The notes under the pieces were generated by a model, which saw nothing but the letters and a program-made list of their open reading frames with translations, made no database searches and was not told the origin of the DNA. This document shows positions 16,693-25,810 of a stretch of DNA of 41,157 nucleotides, in pieces (position 1 is the first letter of the stretch; every line of letters begins with the position of its first letter). The stretch spans positions 1 to 41,157 of the IMG/VR virus record IMGVR_UViG_3300048897_000119; one strand, given 5' to 3'. Both the position numbers and the translations under genes were made by a program. Origin of the DNA: a virus (taxonomy: Duplodnaviria; Caudoviricetes).

Positions 16693-17469
16693 ATGGACCA
16701 CGCTTCTGAAGCTTCCGCATTGTCGTTACGGGAAGCAGTTGAGCGGCGCTTCGATCAGCCGCCAAAACGAGCCATCGAATACTTCAAAGCGAAGAACACT
16801 GTCCGCAAACGCGAGTTCGAAAAGCTGACGACGGAAGCTCGCGCGGCCGCATTCACCGTTGGCGGTGTTTACCAAAACGACGTATTGGAGGGATTCAAAG
16901 ATGAGTTGCGGCGGTCTCTCGAGCAAGGACGCACGCAGGCGGCAACCGTAAAACGCTTCCGTGAAATTCTCTCCGGCGCCGGCCACCGTCAGCTTGGTGA
17001 GTTCCATCTCGAGACGGTTTTCCGGACCAACATGCAGACGGCTTATGGTGTCGGCCGGCGCAATCACCTGGAACAGGTAAAAGACGTTCTTCCGTGGTGG
17101 ACCTATCACGCCGTTGGCGATGATCGAACACGCCCAACCCATGAGGCGCTGACGGGAATAACTCTGCCGGCGGACAATGAGTTTTGGTCGACGCACTTCC
17201 CGCCCTGGGGGTTCAACTGCAGGTGCTCCGTCACGGCCGCGGCAGAACTGCCTGACTCCTACGATCCGCGCAATCCCTCCGGCCGGCGTGACGATTACGG
17301 CGAGCCACTGGTCCAGGTGTCATACGATGCGAATGGTGTTCCCGCGAAAGCGGAGTATGGCACGACGCTCTACGATCTTCAGGTCGGGAACTTCAGCGGG
17401 ATTCCCCCGTTTGCCACCTTGAAGACCGCGATTGAAGCCGGCGCAGCTCGCGCGGCAAGGAAGAAATGA
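16693..17469 (+). CDS. head morphogenesis protein (Mu gpF / SPP1 gp7 family); probably expressed as a portal fusion
   Basis: RAAAFTVGG, LETVFRTNMQTAY..GR, D.RTRPTH, PP.GFNCRCSV motifs; frame is open upstream to 16468. Confidence 0.92.
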   Translation: MDHASEASALSLREAVERRFDQPPKRAIEYFKAKNTVRKREFEKLTTEARAAAFTVGGVYQNDVLEGFKDELRRSLEQGRTQAATVKRFREILSGAGHRQLGEFHLETVFRTNMQTAYGVGRRNHLEQVKDVLPWWTYHAVGDDRTRPTHEALTGITLPADNEFWSTHFPPWGFNCRCSVTAAAELPDSYDPRNPSGRRDDYGEPLVQVSYDANGVPAKAEYGTTLYDLQVGNFSGIPPFATLKTAIEAGAARAARKK

Positions 17470-17785
17470 TTTGAGCGAGCGAGGACCTCGCGTAAAAAAA
17501 GGCAGTTGCAGTTAACCAGGTTCAATATTATGTTCCTGCCCGAGCCGGACGCGGTCCTCGGCATGCTTCTAGTGCTGGGTGAGAGCACTAGTCGCAGGCT
17601 TTTCCTGATCCGGCTCAATTTTAAACTTCGCGTTTATTTGCCCTGTGCCGAAAACGTGCAGCTTACCCTAGCCGCTTCGGGGAGCGGCCCGTTTTGGATG
17701 ATATTTGCGCCATTGAACGACCCTTTGAGGGCATATTTTTTTGATTCCCGATCGCTCTTTTTAGACTTTTGGTGTTATCCCTCGC

Positions 17786-17998
17786 ATGGAAGACAAGAAC
17801 TGGCAGGAAGTACGTTGTAAATATTGTCGCAGGCTCCTAATGGAAGCAGCGGAAGGTACGGTCGGCCTGATTAGGATCAAATGCACGCGCGCAGTCTGCC
17901 GGCGAAAGTTGGAGCTGCGCTTTCCTTTTGAATCGCGGAAGACATCTGGTGGGGAACGCGGTGCTGCACACGGCAAAAACCCTGTTGCGGTAACATGA
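17786..17998 (+). CDS. Mu Com-like zinc-finger regulator
   Basis: EVRCKYCRRLL...IRIKCTRAVC matches the Com Zn-ribbon pattern. Confidence 0.8.
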   Translation: MEDKNWQEVRCKYCRRLLMEAAEGTVGLIRIKCTRAVCRRKLELRFPFESRKTSGGERGAAHGKNPVAVT

Positions 17999-18117
17999 GG
18001 AGTCGGTTAGACTCAGCTTCCGAATAGCGCCTCTCAAAGAGGCCACTCAGCTGAACGCCATCGATAGAGGCTCTAAAGCAGCCCGTTGGTCCAAAGGGAC
18101 CGGCGGGCCTTTTGTTT
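17985..18117 (+). promoter_or_regulatory. late leader copy 3 (before protease)
   Basis: TTGCGG-17-TAGACT(18008-13); GCCTC-tcaaa-GAGGC (18029-43); AGAGGCTCTAAAGCAGCCC (18066-84); 12-bp stem 18081-92/18097-108 then CTTTTGTTT and ATG. Confidence 0.8.
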
Positions 18118-19206
18118 ATGACTAAAAAAAAGAAACCAGGCTTCAACGGACAATTCGTCGAGACCCTCGCCGTCGGCACTTACACCGACATGAACGGCAA
18201 CCGTGTTGAGGTGACTCCCGATTACTTGAAAAAGCTGGCAACGAATTACAACCCAGCGCTGCATGAAGCGCCGGCGGTAATCGGCCATCCGGAAACGGAT
18301 GCTCCGGCATACGGCTGGGTGAGAGCGGTACGAGTGAACGGAGACAAGCTGGAGGTTCAATTCGCCGACACCGATCCGGAATTCGAGGAGATGGTTCGCA
18401 AGGGTCTTTTCAAAAAGCGGTCACTCAAAATTTACAACGACCCGAAAAAATTCTCCGTGGCCGCCGTTCCTTACATAGGCCACGTCGGTTTTCTCGGTGC
18501 GGCCCCGCCCGCAGTCAAAGGTCTCAAGAACATTCATTTCAATGAAGCCCCAGGGGTCGAGATCGAGGTTGCCGGCGACATCACTTTCAGCGAAGGAGAC
18601 ACAGTAGTGGATGCAAAAGAACGCGCCGAGCTTGAAAAAACCATCGGCGAAAAGATCGCAGAATTCTTTAAGGGACTGGCCGGCGGCAAGGATGACAAGC
18701 CAGCGACCACGTTCAGCGAAGCAGACGTACGCACCTTGGTCAAAGATGCTGTAGCCGCTGTCGAAACCAAGTTCTCCGCGCAGATCACCGACCTGGAAAA
18801 CAAAAACAAGAAGCTGCAGGAGAAAGTGGATCACCAGGGCAATGCGTCGCAGCGCGCGTCGATCGTGAAGTTCCTGGACAGTGTTGGCGCTGAAAGAATT
18901 CTGCCGGCGTTCAGGAATTCCGGCGTGATTGAGTTTATGGAGTCGCTTGCCGCGAGCGAAGTAAAAGTCGAGGTCGCGACTCTGGCCGAAGAGAACGGCA
19001 AGGAAGTGGAAAAGAAAGTCCAGATGCAGCCGCTCGAATGGTTTCAAAGCTTTCTCAAATCACTGCCGGCATTTGTTCGTCTCGGCGAGCAATTCGGCGA
19101 TCTGAAGCTGAGTGGTGACGGCTCAGAGATCGTCGATCCAAAACAGATCGACGCATTGCGCTCGAGCATGGGCGTGAAGCCCGCGGAAGCGGCGGCCGCC
19201 AAATAG
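18118..19206 (+). CDS. prohead protease/scaffold (Mu gpI-like)
   Basis: EAPAVIGHP...PAYGWV, HVGFLGAAPPAVKGL; coiled-coil scaffold-like C-terminus. Confidence 0.9.
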   Translation: MTKKKKPGFNGQFVETLAVGTYTDMNGNRVEVTPDYLKKLATNYNPALHEAPAVIGHPETDAPAYGWVRAVRVNGDKLEVQFADTDPEFEEMVRKGLFKKRSLKIYNDPKKFSVAAVPYIGHVGFLGAAPPAVKGLKNIHFNEAPGVEIEVAGDITFSEGDTVVDAKERAELEKTIGEKIAEFFKGLAGGKDDKPATTFSEADVRTLVKDAVAAVETKFSAQITDLENKNKKLQEKVDHQGNASQRASIVKFLDSVGAERILPAFRNSGVIEFMESLAASEVKVEVATLAEENGKEVEKKVQMQPLEWFQSFLKSLPAFVRLGEQFGDLKLSGDGSEIVDPKQIDALRSSMGVKPAEAAAAK

Positions 19207-19255
19207 TTCTTCTAAGTTGTTTCGAGAAAGAATCTTTGCAGGGAGAGGAAAGTAA

Positions 19256-19813
19256 ATGCCAACCAAAACAGTCGAAACCTTCACCAGGCGCGAACAACTC
19301 GAGGCGTTGAAATCAGAGCTCGCCGTTCAAATCCCGATGACGGTGAAGGTTGGATTTAAAGCGGTCCGCGGAGCCGTGATGGGAATCATCACCGCGTCGG
19401 GATTGCTGCGCCGGCGTTCACGCACCACCACCGCAGGCACCGGTTTCTCTAATGCCTCTCCGGTTGGCCAGGTAACTGACGCCTCAGTCTTTGCTGTCGG
19501 CGATGTGCTGAAGAAGACTGACGGCACCGTGATCGGAACTGTCCAGGGAATAGATGTCACGACGAACCCCGATACGGTCACGCTGCAGGCAAACGCTGCC
19601 GTCAACGTCGCCGCCGCCACGGACATCGTCGCGTCAGACGGATCGGAGAAAGCGGCCGTCATAGCTGACGAGGCGACAGATGGTGCCGAGGACACGGTGA
19701 TCTCCCCGTACATCTCTGGTCTGCTTAAAGAGAATCTTTTGTCAGGCCTTGACGCTTCCGCGAAAACGGAGCTCGGCGGTCGCAGTTTGCCAGGAAACAT
19801 TTTTAAGTTCTGA
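19256..19813 (+). CDS. head decoration protein
   Basis: Between protease and capsid; RGAVMGIITASG...SDGSEKAAVI pattern. Confidence 0.75.
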   Translation: MPTKTVETFTRREQLEALKSELAVQIPMTVKVGFKAVRGAVMGIITASGLLRRRSRTTTAGTGFSNASPVGQVTDASVFAVGDVLKKTDGTVIGTVQGIDVTTNPDTVTLQANAAVNVAAATDIVASDGSEKAAVIADEATDGAEDTVISPYISGLLKENLLSGLDASAKTELGGRSLPGNIFKF

Positions 19814-19868
19814 GGACGAGGGCTGGTTGCCTGGTCCAATCGCTTTAAACCTTCGCAGAGGAGACTCA

Positions 19869-20930
19869 ATGATTACTTTCAGATTTCCCACTAACGTTTC
19901 CCTTGACCGCGTGGTCCAGGAGTACGTCATTCAGCGTGACAAATTGAAGGGCATTAAGATCATGCCGTTTAATTCCGTGCAGACGGTGCGGGTGCAGTGG
20001 GACGAGCTCGACAATGAGCGGGGCATGACCGCGCCGCACAACATGAATGCCGATCCGAAGGTGAGCGAACGGCCTGGCTCGAAGGTGAAGGAGTACACTC
20101 CGCTCTACTTCAAGGAAACGGATCTGCTCAGAGAAAGTGACATCATTATGCCGCGAGCCTTCGGCACGTTTGGCAACATGATCGATCTCACTACTGAAGT
20201 TGGCCGCGTCACGAAAGCCCGTGTCGATAAAAACTATCTGCGAGCTGAGTGGGCCATCTGGCAGGCGCTTGGTGGCGCGCTGAACTTTAACGAAAACGGT
20301 GTGAAGGTAAATGAGGTCTTTCCGGTGCAGCCGTACGACGTGCTGGTCGATTGGGATGAATTTGACACCGCCACACCGCTGCGCGACCTGAACGCAATCA
20401 AACTGTTGATGCGTGGCACGGGCGCGAGCATCCAGGGCGCGGTGCTGCACATGAATCAGACCACCTGCAACTGGCTGCTGCAGAACAACAATCCCGCGGA
20501 TCTGAAGGGCTATCAAAATCAGAACTTTCAGAACGTCACCTACAGCGTTGATGACCTGAACAAGATCCTCACCGGCCGCGGCATGCCGACAATTGAGGTT
20601 TACGACGAAGGCTATCACGACGCCGCCGGCAACTTCACCTTGTTCCTGCAGGACGGTGATGTTCGTTTGATTGGCAAACGGCCAAACATGGAAACCGTTG
20701 GCGATTTTGTCCTCACTCCGACACTGCATCGCACTGGTCCTGACGGACAGCCTGCACCTGGCTTCTTCAGCTTCATCGAGGTGAATGGTCAACCGAATCC
20801 TGGCAGCGTCAGCGTGCCGGCACTAGGCGCCGGAAAGAACCCGAAGGTTGAAATTACGGGCGGCTTTGCTGGTGGACCACGCATGATCTTCCCGCGCTCA
20901 GTGGTGAAGATTCGAGCGAAGGTCACATAG
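19869..20930 (+). CDS. major capsid protein (lambda gpE-like)
   Basis: GGAG RBS with ATG at 19869; 353 aa; PLYFKE, RAEWAIWQAL.G, W...TATPLRDL motifs; position. Confidence 0.88.
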   Translation: MITFRFPTNVSLDRVVQEYVIQRDKLKGIKIMPFNSVQTVRVQWDELDNERGMTAPHNMNADPKVSERPGSKVKEYTPLYFKETDLLRESDIIMPRAFGTFGNMIDLTTEVGRVTKARVDKNYLRAEWAIWQALGGALNFNENGVKVNEVFPVQPYDVLVDWDEFDTATPLRDLNAIKLLMRGTGASIQGAVLHMNQTTCNWLLQNNNPADLKGYQNQNFQNVTYSVDDLNKILTGRGMPTIEVYDEGYHDAAGNFTLFLQDGDVRLIGKRPNMETVGDFVLTPTLHRTGPDGQPAPGFFSFIEVNGQPNPGSVSVPALGAGKNPKVEITGGFAGGPRMIFPRSVVKIRAKVT

Positions 20931-20953
20931 TCTCTGGTCCAACTGGTCTTTGA

Positions 20954-21412
20954 ATGAGCTATATCACTAAACAAGATCTGGTGGACGAGCTGGGCGAAGA
21001 AAAGCTGCTCCAGCTCGTCGACAACTCTGGAACGGCCGATCTTAACGCTCCGGCAGTCAACGCTCGCATTCAGCAGGTAATCGATGACGCGGTCGGCACC
21101 TTCGATGCTTATGCGCGCACGCGTTACACCCTGCCGGTTCCGCTCACCGCCAAGGTCAAATCCACTTGTCTGAAGATCGCGGTCTTCAGTTTATATGAGG
21201 GACGCTCCACTGCTGACGAGGGTATCTACAAAGTAAAAGAGAATGCGTATAGACACGCGCTCAGGTTCCTCGAAGCGGTGCAGGCAGGCAAGGCGGCGCT
21301 TGATGTGCCGGCGGCGCAAGAGAGTGAAAGCAACCCAGCCAGTCCCGACGAAGTGTTGAAAGGCGGCTCGCGGCCGTCGCCGTTTGCGGAAGATAACTTG
21401 CGCGGCTTCTAA
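20954..21412 (+). CDS. head-tail adaptor (Mu gp36/DUF1320)
   Basis: MSYIT..DL...GE..L.QL, D.Y...RY.LP, Y..A.RFLE.V..GK..L. Confidence 0.9.
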   Translation: MSYITKQDLVDELGEEKLLQLVDNSGTADLNAPAVNARIQQVIDDAVGTFDAYARTRYTLPVPLTAKVKSTCLKIAVFSLYEGRSTADEGIYKVKENAYRHALRFLEAVQAGKAALDVPAAQESESNPASPDEVLKGGSRPSPFAEDNLRGF

Positions 21413-21512
21413 AGAGCTGAGATCAGAGGTCGACCGTTTGAAAACTGGTGAACTAAAGAAGGCGGACTCCGGTTACAGTGCGAACCTGATCGACTTCTGA
21501 TCTTAGTTCTTT
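21411..21512 (+). repeat. 23-bp inverted repeat (RNA stem with 3 G-U pairs) enclosing 56 nt
   Basis: AAAGAGCTGAGATCAGAGGTCGA (21411-33) / TCGACTTCTGATCTTAGTTCTTT (21490-512). Confidence 0.8.
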
Positions 21513-21693
21513 GCATCGCGAAATTTTTCATGCGCTGAGATGAATGAAAATGGCGGGACTAGGCTACGGACCTTTGAAGGCTTAATTGCACAGTTGACTC
21601 TACTGCTGATGTGAAGCACGAAAGCATCGCAAAGGTTACGCCGACAGTCCGGAAGTCCATCCTTAAAAATCTGGCGCAAGCTTTACCACCACA

Positions 21694-22146
21694 ATGGCTG
21701 ACGACATTCAGGGTCTGACGCGTCTGCTGGGTCGCATGTCTCAACTCGCGACCGACACCAGGCATGTCGAGCGCGCGCTGCATGCGGCCGGTAATTATGC
21801 GGTCGGCTCGATCGAGAAAACGTTCGAACAGCAGGGCCGGCCAAAGAAATGGACTCCGTTGGCGCCGGCAACTCTGAGTCGCCGTCGTAAGGGCAGAGGC
21901 CGTGGCGGTTCAAAGATCCTGATCGATACGGCGAAGATGAAAAACTCGATCGAGTACCAGGTTCACAGCGAAGGAGTCTCGGTAGGTTTAAATGCCGTGC
22001 AAGCGCGTCGTCAGCACTTCGGTTATCCAGGCGGAAAGGGACGTGGCCACTCGCGCACGCCGGCGCGGCCGTTCCTCGTGCTGCAGGAGCCTGAAGACGT
22101 GGCCGCGATCGGCGACATCTTTCGCCGGCACATCGCGCGCCGCTAG
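21694..22146 (+). CDS. virion morphogenesis protein (Mu gpG / P2 gpS-like)
   Basis: FEQQGRP..W.PLAP.T, ILIDT..MKNSI, PARPFL. Confidence 0.9.
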   Translation: MADDIQGLTRLLGRMSQLATDTRHVERALHAAGNYAVGSIEKTFEQQGRPKKWTPLAPATLSRRRKGRGRGGSKILIDTAKMKNSIEYQVHSEGVSVGLNAVQARRQHFGYPGGKGRGHSRTPARPFLVLQEPEDVAAIGDIFRRHIARR

Positions 22147-22189
22147 CTCCTAATAATTCCCTGAGAGTTCTTTGAGAAAAAATTGATCA

Positions 22190-22840
22190 ATGCCAGGCTT
22201 CGAATTTTTTGTTGGCGGAATAGAGGACGGGATAATCGAGCTGCTCACTAGCCTGCTAAGTGTTAAAGCCGATCCACCTGGTTATCTAAAGAACATTGCG
22301 TCCTATGGAGGCGAGCTCGACGAATCAACTCTCAAAAAGTTCGTCGAACAGCTGGCGCCAAGATTCCCGCTGATGCTGGTTTGTTATGGCGACGGTGACG
22401 ATCGTCTGCTGCCGGCAACGTCTCCTGCTTTAGATGCTCCCCGAATATGGCAACACAACTGCACCTTTACCGTGATTGCCTGTTCAGACGACGCGCGTGG
22501 TGATAGCGCGCAGCGCAGAGGCACAGAAGCGAAGCCTGGCGTTTACAAAATGATCGAGGATGCGCGCGAGCTGCTTGCCGGCCGGCGTTTCCGCAGGGCG
22601 ATCGGGAACGAGCAGGTTCTTTTGACGCTCGAGCCGCTGCGACCTGCAGGGGTTGAGTACCTGGCACGGTTGCCGCAACTGACCGCGTATGCACAGCACT
22701 TCGATACGTACTTCAAATGGACCGAGCCGGATCGTCGCGCTGCGCCTCGTCCAGTTGACGATCTGATTTTTGATGTAACTCCGTTGAACGCTGAAACCGA
22801 GCCAGGCGGATTGCCTGGCACTGTCCTGGAAATCAATTAA
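22190..22840 (+). CDS. tail terminator-like protein (Mu gp37/DUF1834-like)
   Basis: IEDGII..L, ASYGGELD, G.YKMIEDAR.LL; position before sheath. Confidence 0.78.
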   Translation: MPGFEFFVGGIEDGIIELLTSLLSVKADPPGYLKNIASYGGELDESTLKKFVEQLAPRFPLMLVCYGDGDDRLLPATSPALDAPRIWQHNCTFTVIACSDDARGDSAQRRGTEAKPGVYKMIEDARELLAGRRFRRAIGNEQVLLTLEPLRPAGVEYLARLPQLTAYAQHFDTYFKWTEPDRRAAPRPVDDLIFDVTPLNAETEPGGLPGTVLEIN

Positions 22841-22854
22841 GGGAAAGGAAGCAA

Positions 22855-23070
22855 ATGAAAATAGTCACCAATCTTCACACGCAGTCGCTGACGCTCGCCG
22901 ACGGCACTGTGTTAGGAGCGGCCAGTCATACAGGCAGCACCAAACAAGTTCCGGATCTGAGTGAGGAAGATGCGCGGCTAGTCGAGCGCGGCTTAATCAG
23001 CGTGAACGACGCGCCGCTGAGAGCTGTATCGAGCAAGACCAATTCAGCGGCCGCGAAGGAGGCGCAGTAA
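22855..23070 (+). CDS. small hypothetical protein before the sheath gene
   Basis: AAAGGAAG RBS; 71 aa. Confidence 0.7.
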   Translation: MKIVTNLHTQSLTLADGTVLGAASHTGSTKQVPDLSEEDARLVERGLISVNDAPLRAVSSKTNSAAAKEAQ

Positions 23071-23076
23071 GTTAAC

Positions 23077-24609
23077 ATGCAGAATCTCGTTATCGAAAAC
23101 AGTCTGCCAGGCGTTATCGCGATCGTGAACGCGGGTCAGGTGGCGCGGCCGATTGAACGACAGCCTACGTCGACATTTTTTGTGGTTGGCTACACTCCCT
23201 GGGGTCCAGTCAACACGCCGACGGTAGTTACCAGCTTTGCCGACTTCGTTGCTCAGTTTGGTCCATTCGACGCGAACTCTTTTCTGGATGACGCACTCTA
23301 CACCTTTTTCAATGTCTTTCCAGGCAAGCAAGCAGTTGTGAGCCGCGTCGTAGGAGCGGCCAAGTCGCTCGGCACTTTGAATCTCAAAGATCGTTCAGTC
23401 GGCGCTGGTCTCAACACGCTGCGCGTCGACGCGAAGTATCCATCAACACGCGTCGACATTCTCTGCACCATCCAGGATGGCACGGTAGCCAACTCGGTCA
23501 AGCTCACCTTCCGCAGTGTGCTGCTGAATCGGAAAGAAGTTCATGACAACGTGAAGGTCGCCGATGCCACGACACTGGCCAGAGTGAATCAAGACTCCAG
23601 GCTGGTCACGTTGACTAATCTCAACAGCGCGACGGCAGCGCCAGATAATAATCCGCGAGCTCTGGTGGAAACTGCTCTGGCTGGCGGCAGCGATGACTTT
23701 GTCGGATTAGCTGCTGCTGATTACATCGGCAATGACGACGGCGTGACACGCACTGGTCTACAGGCGTTTAAGGATGAGCAGCTGGGCACCGGCCAGGTGG
23801 CGATTCCTGGATTGACAACGAACGCAGTGCACGCGGCGCTGGTGGCGCACGGCGAGGCCTATCATCGGCTCGCTTTGTTAGATCCTCCGTTCGCCAGTGA
23901 CAAGGCGGCAGTTGCAGCAGTTCGCGCGTTGTATGGGACCTCCTACGGCGCGATTTACTGGCCGTGGGTGCAGATGCAGGCCTTCGAGCAATCCGGTCTG
24001 CTGAAATTCTACCCACCGTCCGCGTTTGCGGCTGGAGCTTGTGCCCAGGTCGATCGAACGATCGGAGTGCATAAGGCTCCTGCGAATATCCCGATTCCTG
24101 GAGCGCTCGACGTCGAGCGCAATGCTGCCGGTGGTCCACAAACCGATGACAACACCCGCGAGTTTCTCAACGGCAAAGACGTGAACGTGATCACGCCGCT
24201 GCCTCAGCAGGGGGTGAAGATCTACGGCGCGCGATTGATGGCTGCCGATCGGCGAGTCGCGTTTGTGCACCAGGCTCGGTTGCTGAATGAGTTCTATTAC
24301 GCGGGCAAACTCGCGTATAGCTGGGCCGCATTTCAGGTAGTCGACGGCGCCGGCCGGTTGTTCCGTGACCTGAGGTCGACTGGCCGCAGCTTTCTCCGTG
24401 CGTTTTGGGAGGCAGGTGCGCTGCACGGCGACACTGAAGAGGAAGCGTATCTGGTGATCGCGGATGCTTCCAACAACCCAGCACAGGATCTCGAGAACGG
24501 CATCGTTCACGTTCAATGGGCTGTGAAGATTTCGCCTACCGCTGAGCGAATTGTTTTGAATATCGATAACGTGCCGCTGTTCCAGGATCTCGGCGCGCTG
24601 CAGCAGTAG
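23077..24609 (+). CDS. contractile tail sheath protein
   Basis: PGV N-terminus, GP.NTPT.VTSF.DF...FG, A.YWPW, G.HKAPAN, G.KIYGAR, P.AE.I. Confidence 0.95.
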   Translation: MQNLVIENSLPGVIAIVNAGQVARPIERQPTSTFFVVGYTPWGPVNTPTVVTSFADFVAQFGPFDANSFLDDALYTFFNVFPGKQAVVSRVVGAAKSLGTLNLKDRSVGAGLNTLRVDAKYPSTRVDILCTIQDGTVANSVKLTFRSVLLNRKEVHDNVKVADATTLARVNQDSRLVTLTNLNSATAAPDNNPRALVETALAGGSDDFVGLAAADYIGNDDGVTRTGLQAFKDEQLGTGQVAIPGLTTNAVHAALVAHGEAYHRLALLDPPFASDKAAVAAVRALYGTSYGAIYWPWVQMQAFEQSGLLKFYPPSAFAAGACAQVDRTIGVHKAPANIPIPGALDVERNAAGGPQTDDNTREFLNGKDVNVITPLPQQGVKIYGARLMAADRRVAFVHQARLLNEFYYAGKLAYSWAAFQVVDGAGRLFRDLRSTGRSFLRAFWEAGALHGDTEEEAYLVIADASNNPAQDLENGIVHVQWAVKISPTAERIVLNIDNVPLFQDLGALQQ

Positions 24610-24650
24610 GTACTCTATAGCGCACCTATCCTATAGAGCACCTATTGTTG
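24601..24650 (+). repeat. 20-bp stem covering the sheath stop codon
   Basis: CAGCAGTAGGTACTCTATAG / CTATAGAGCACCTATTGTTG with 1 mismatch and 2 G-U pairs; 10-nt loop. Confidence 0.7.
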
Positions 24651-24694
24651 ATGGGCCACTAATCGGTTTAATAGCTTAGAGGAGAATCTGAAAA

Positions 24695-25129
24695 ATGCCA
24701 GGACAAGGAACACACGAGAACCGCTATCTCATCGAAGTCGACGGCGTCGCTGCTGTTGCTGCTTCAGAAATGACGCCGCCGAGCAAGGACCACACTCCGG
24801 TAGAGCTGTATGTCGGCAACCAGCCCAATCCGGTTCTTTCTCGTGGCAATTTCAAGATCGGCGACTTCTCGTTTAAGCATGCGCACGCGTTGAACCAGGC
24901 CGGCGCTGATCTCTTTCAATGGATGGACAACTACACGGACGGCATCGACCTCACGAAGCGCACCGCGCGTCTGGTCGTCCTGGATGAAGACGGAGCGACG
25001 CCGGTAGCCGAATACGAACTGCAGGAGTGTGTGCCGACCAGCTTTAAGCCGGAGACGCATTCGGCCAGCGGCACAAACGCTTCGATGTTCAGTTTCACTT
25101 TGCGCCCGACCAATATGCGTAACTTCTAA
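24695..25129 (+). CDS. tail tube protein (T4 gp19-like)
   Basis: GAGGAG RBS; follows sheath; Y.IE.DG, LFQW, KR...LV.LDEDG.TPVAEY.L..C.PT. Confidence 0.88.
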   Translation: MPGQGTHENRYLIEVDGVAAVAASEMTPPSKDHTPVELYVGNQPNPVLSRGNFKIGDFSFKHAHALNQAGADLFQWMDNYTDGIDLTKRTARLVVLDEDGATPVAEYELQECVPTSFKPETHSASGTNASMFSFTLRPTNMRNF

Positions 25130-25132
25130 TTC

Positions 25133-25810
25133 GTGACTGGACCAACCCATACAATTGAGCTCACTGCCGGCTACGTGGACGCGAAGAACCGTCGCCACAC
25201 CCGCGTTGTGTTTGGCCATCGCATAACCGCCAGGGATCTATTTGCGATCGACGAGTCGCCGCAGTCGCAACATCCGACTCAATACAACGATCTGGTGGTG
25301 CGCGGTCATATCACTGAATTCGGATCGTTGGAAATGCCGGTGCCGCTTACTACGCTGCTTTCTCTCGACTCGATCGACAGAGAAGATCTCACCGAAGGTT
25401 GCAACACCTTTCAGGCAATCAGCGCCGAAGGTCATAGCGCACAGTTCCTTCCTGGGAATAGCGTGAGGCTGGCGTGGGGATTCAAGATCAAAGACCTTGT
25501 CTACGATCAGGTGACATTCGGCAAGCGCATCACCGGCATGGACGAAGTGGAAGCCGATCGCGCAGGCCTGAAGGTAGGTATTCGTCGTCTTTGTTTTCTG
25601 CTGGGGAAGCAAATCGAAAAGATTTCCAGCGCCGATGGTCTATCCACGATCGATGGGCCAATCCCGCTGGAGTACTTTGAGTCGCTCGACGGTGCCGACG
25701 TCGCGACGCTGCGAGGTGCCGCCGAGTTGTGGCGGCAGTCGTTTCGAATCTCTGGAAGAGAGTTATCGCGAAATGGGCGAGGCCCGCAACGTTCTGATCC
25801 TGGCACTTAA
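25133..25810 (+). CDS. tail assembly chaperone with two tandem domains
   Basis: Between tube and TMP; internal repeat VVFGHRITARD/VTFGKRITGMD and SLDSID/SLDGAD. Confidence 0.75.
   Translation: MTGPTHTIELTAGYVDAKNRRHTRVVFGHRITARDLFAIDESPQSQHPTQYNDLVVRGHITEFGSLEMPVPLTTLLSLDSIDREDLTEGCNTFQAISAEGHSAQFLPGNSVRLAWGFKIKDLVYDQVTFGKRITGMDEVEADRAGLKVGIRRLCFLLGKQIEKISSADGLSTIDGPIPLEYFESLDGADVATLRGAAELWRQSFRISGRELSRNGRGPQRSDPGT

Noticed and set aside
17506-17820. 104-aa plus-strand ORF between gpF and com
   Set aside because: TTG start, no RBS, odd composition, overlaps com; more likely a non-coding regulatory region
18421-20792. Long antisense ORFs (18421-19047, 19327-19869, 19866-20792), and similarly 27672-28457
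   Set aside because: Shadow ORFs of GC-rich structural genes on the opposite strand, with no motifs
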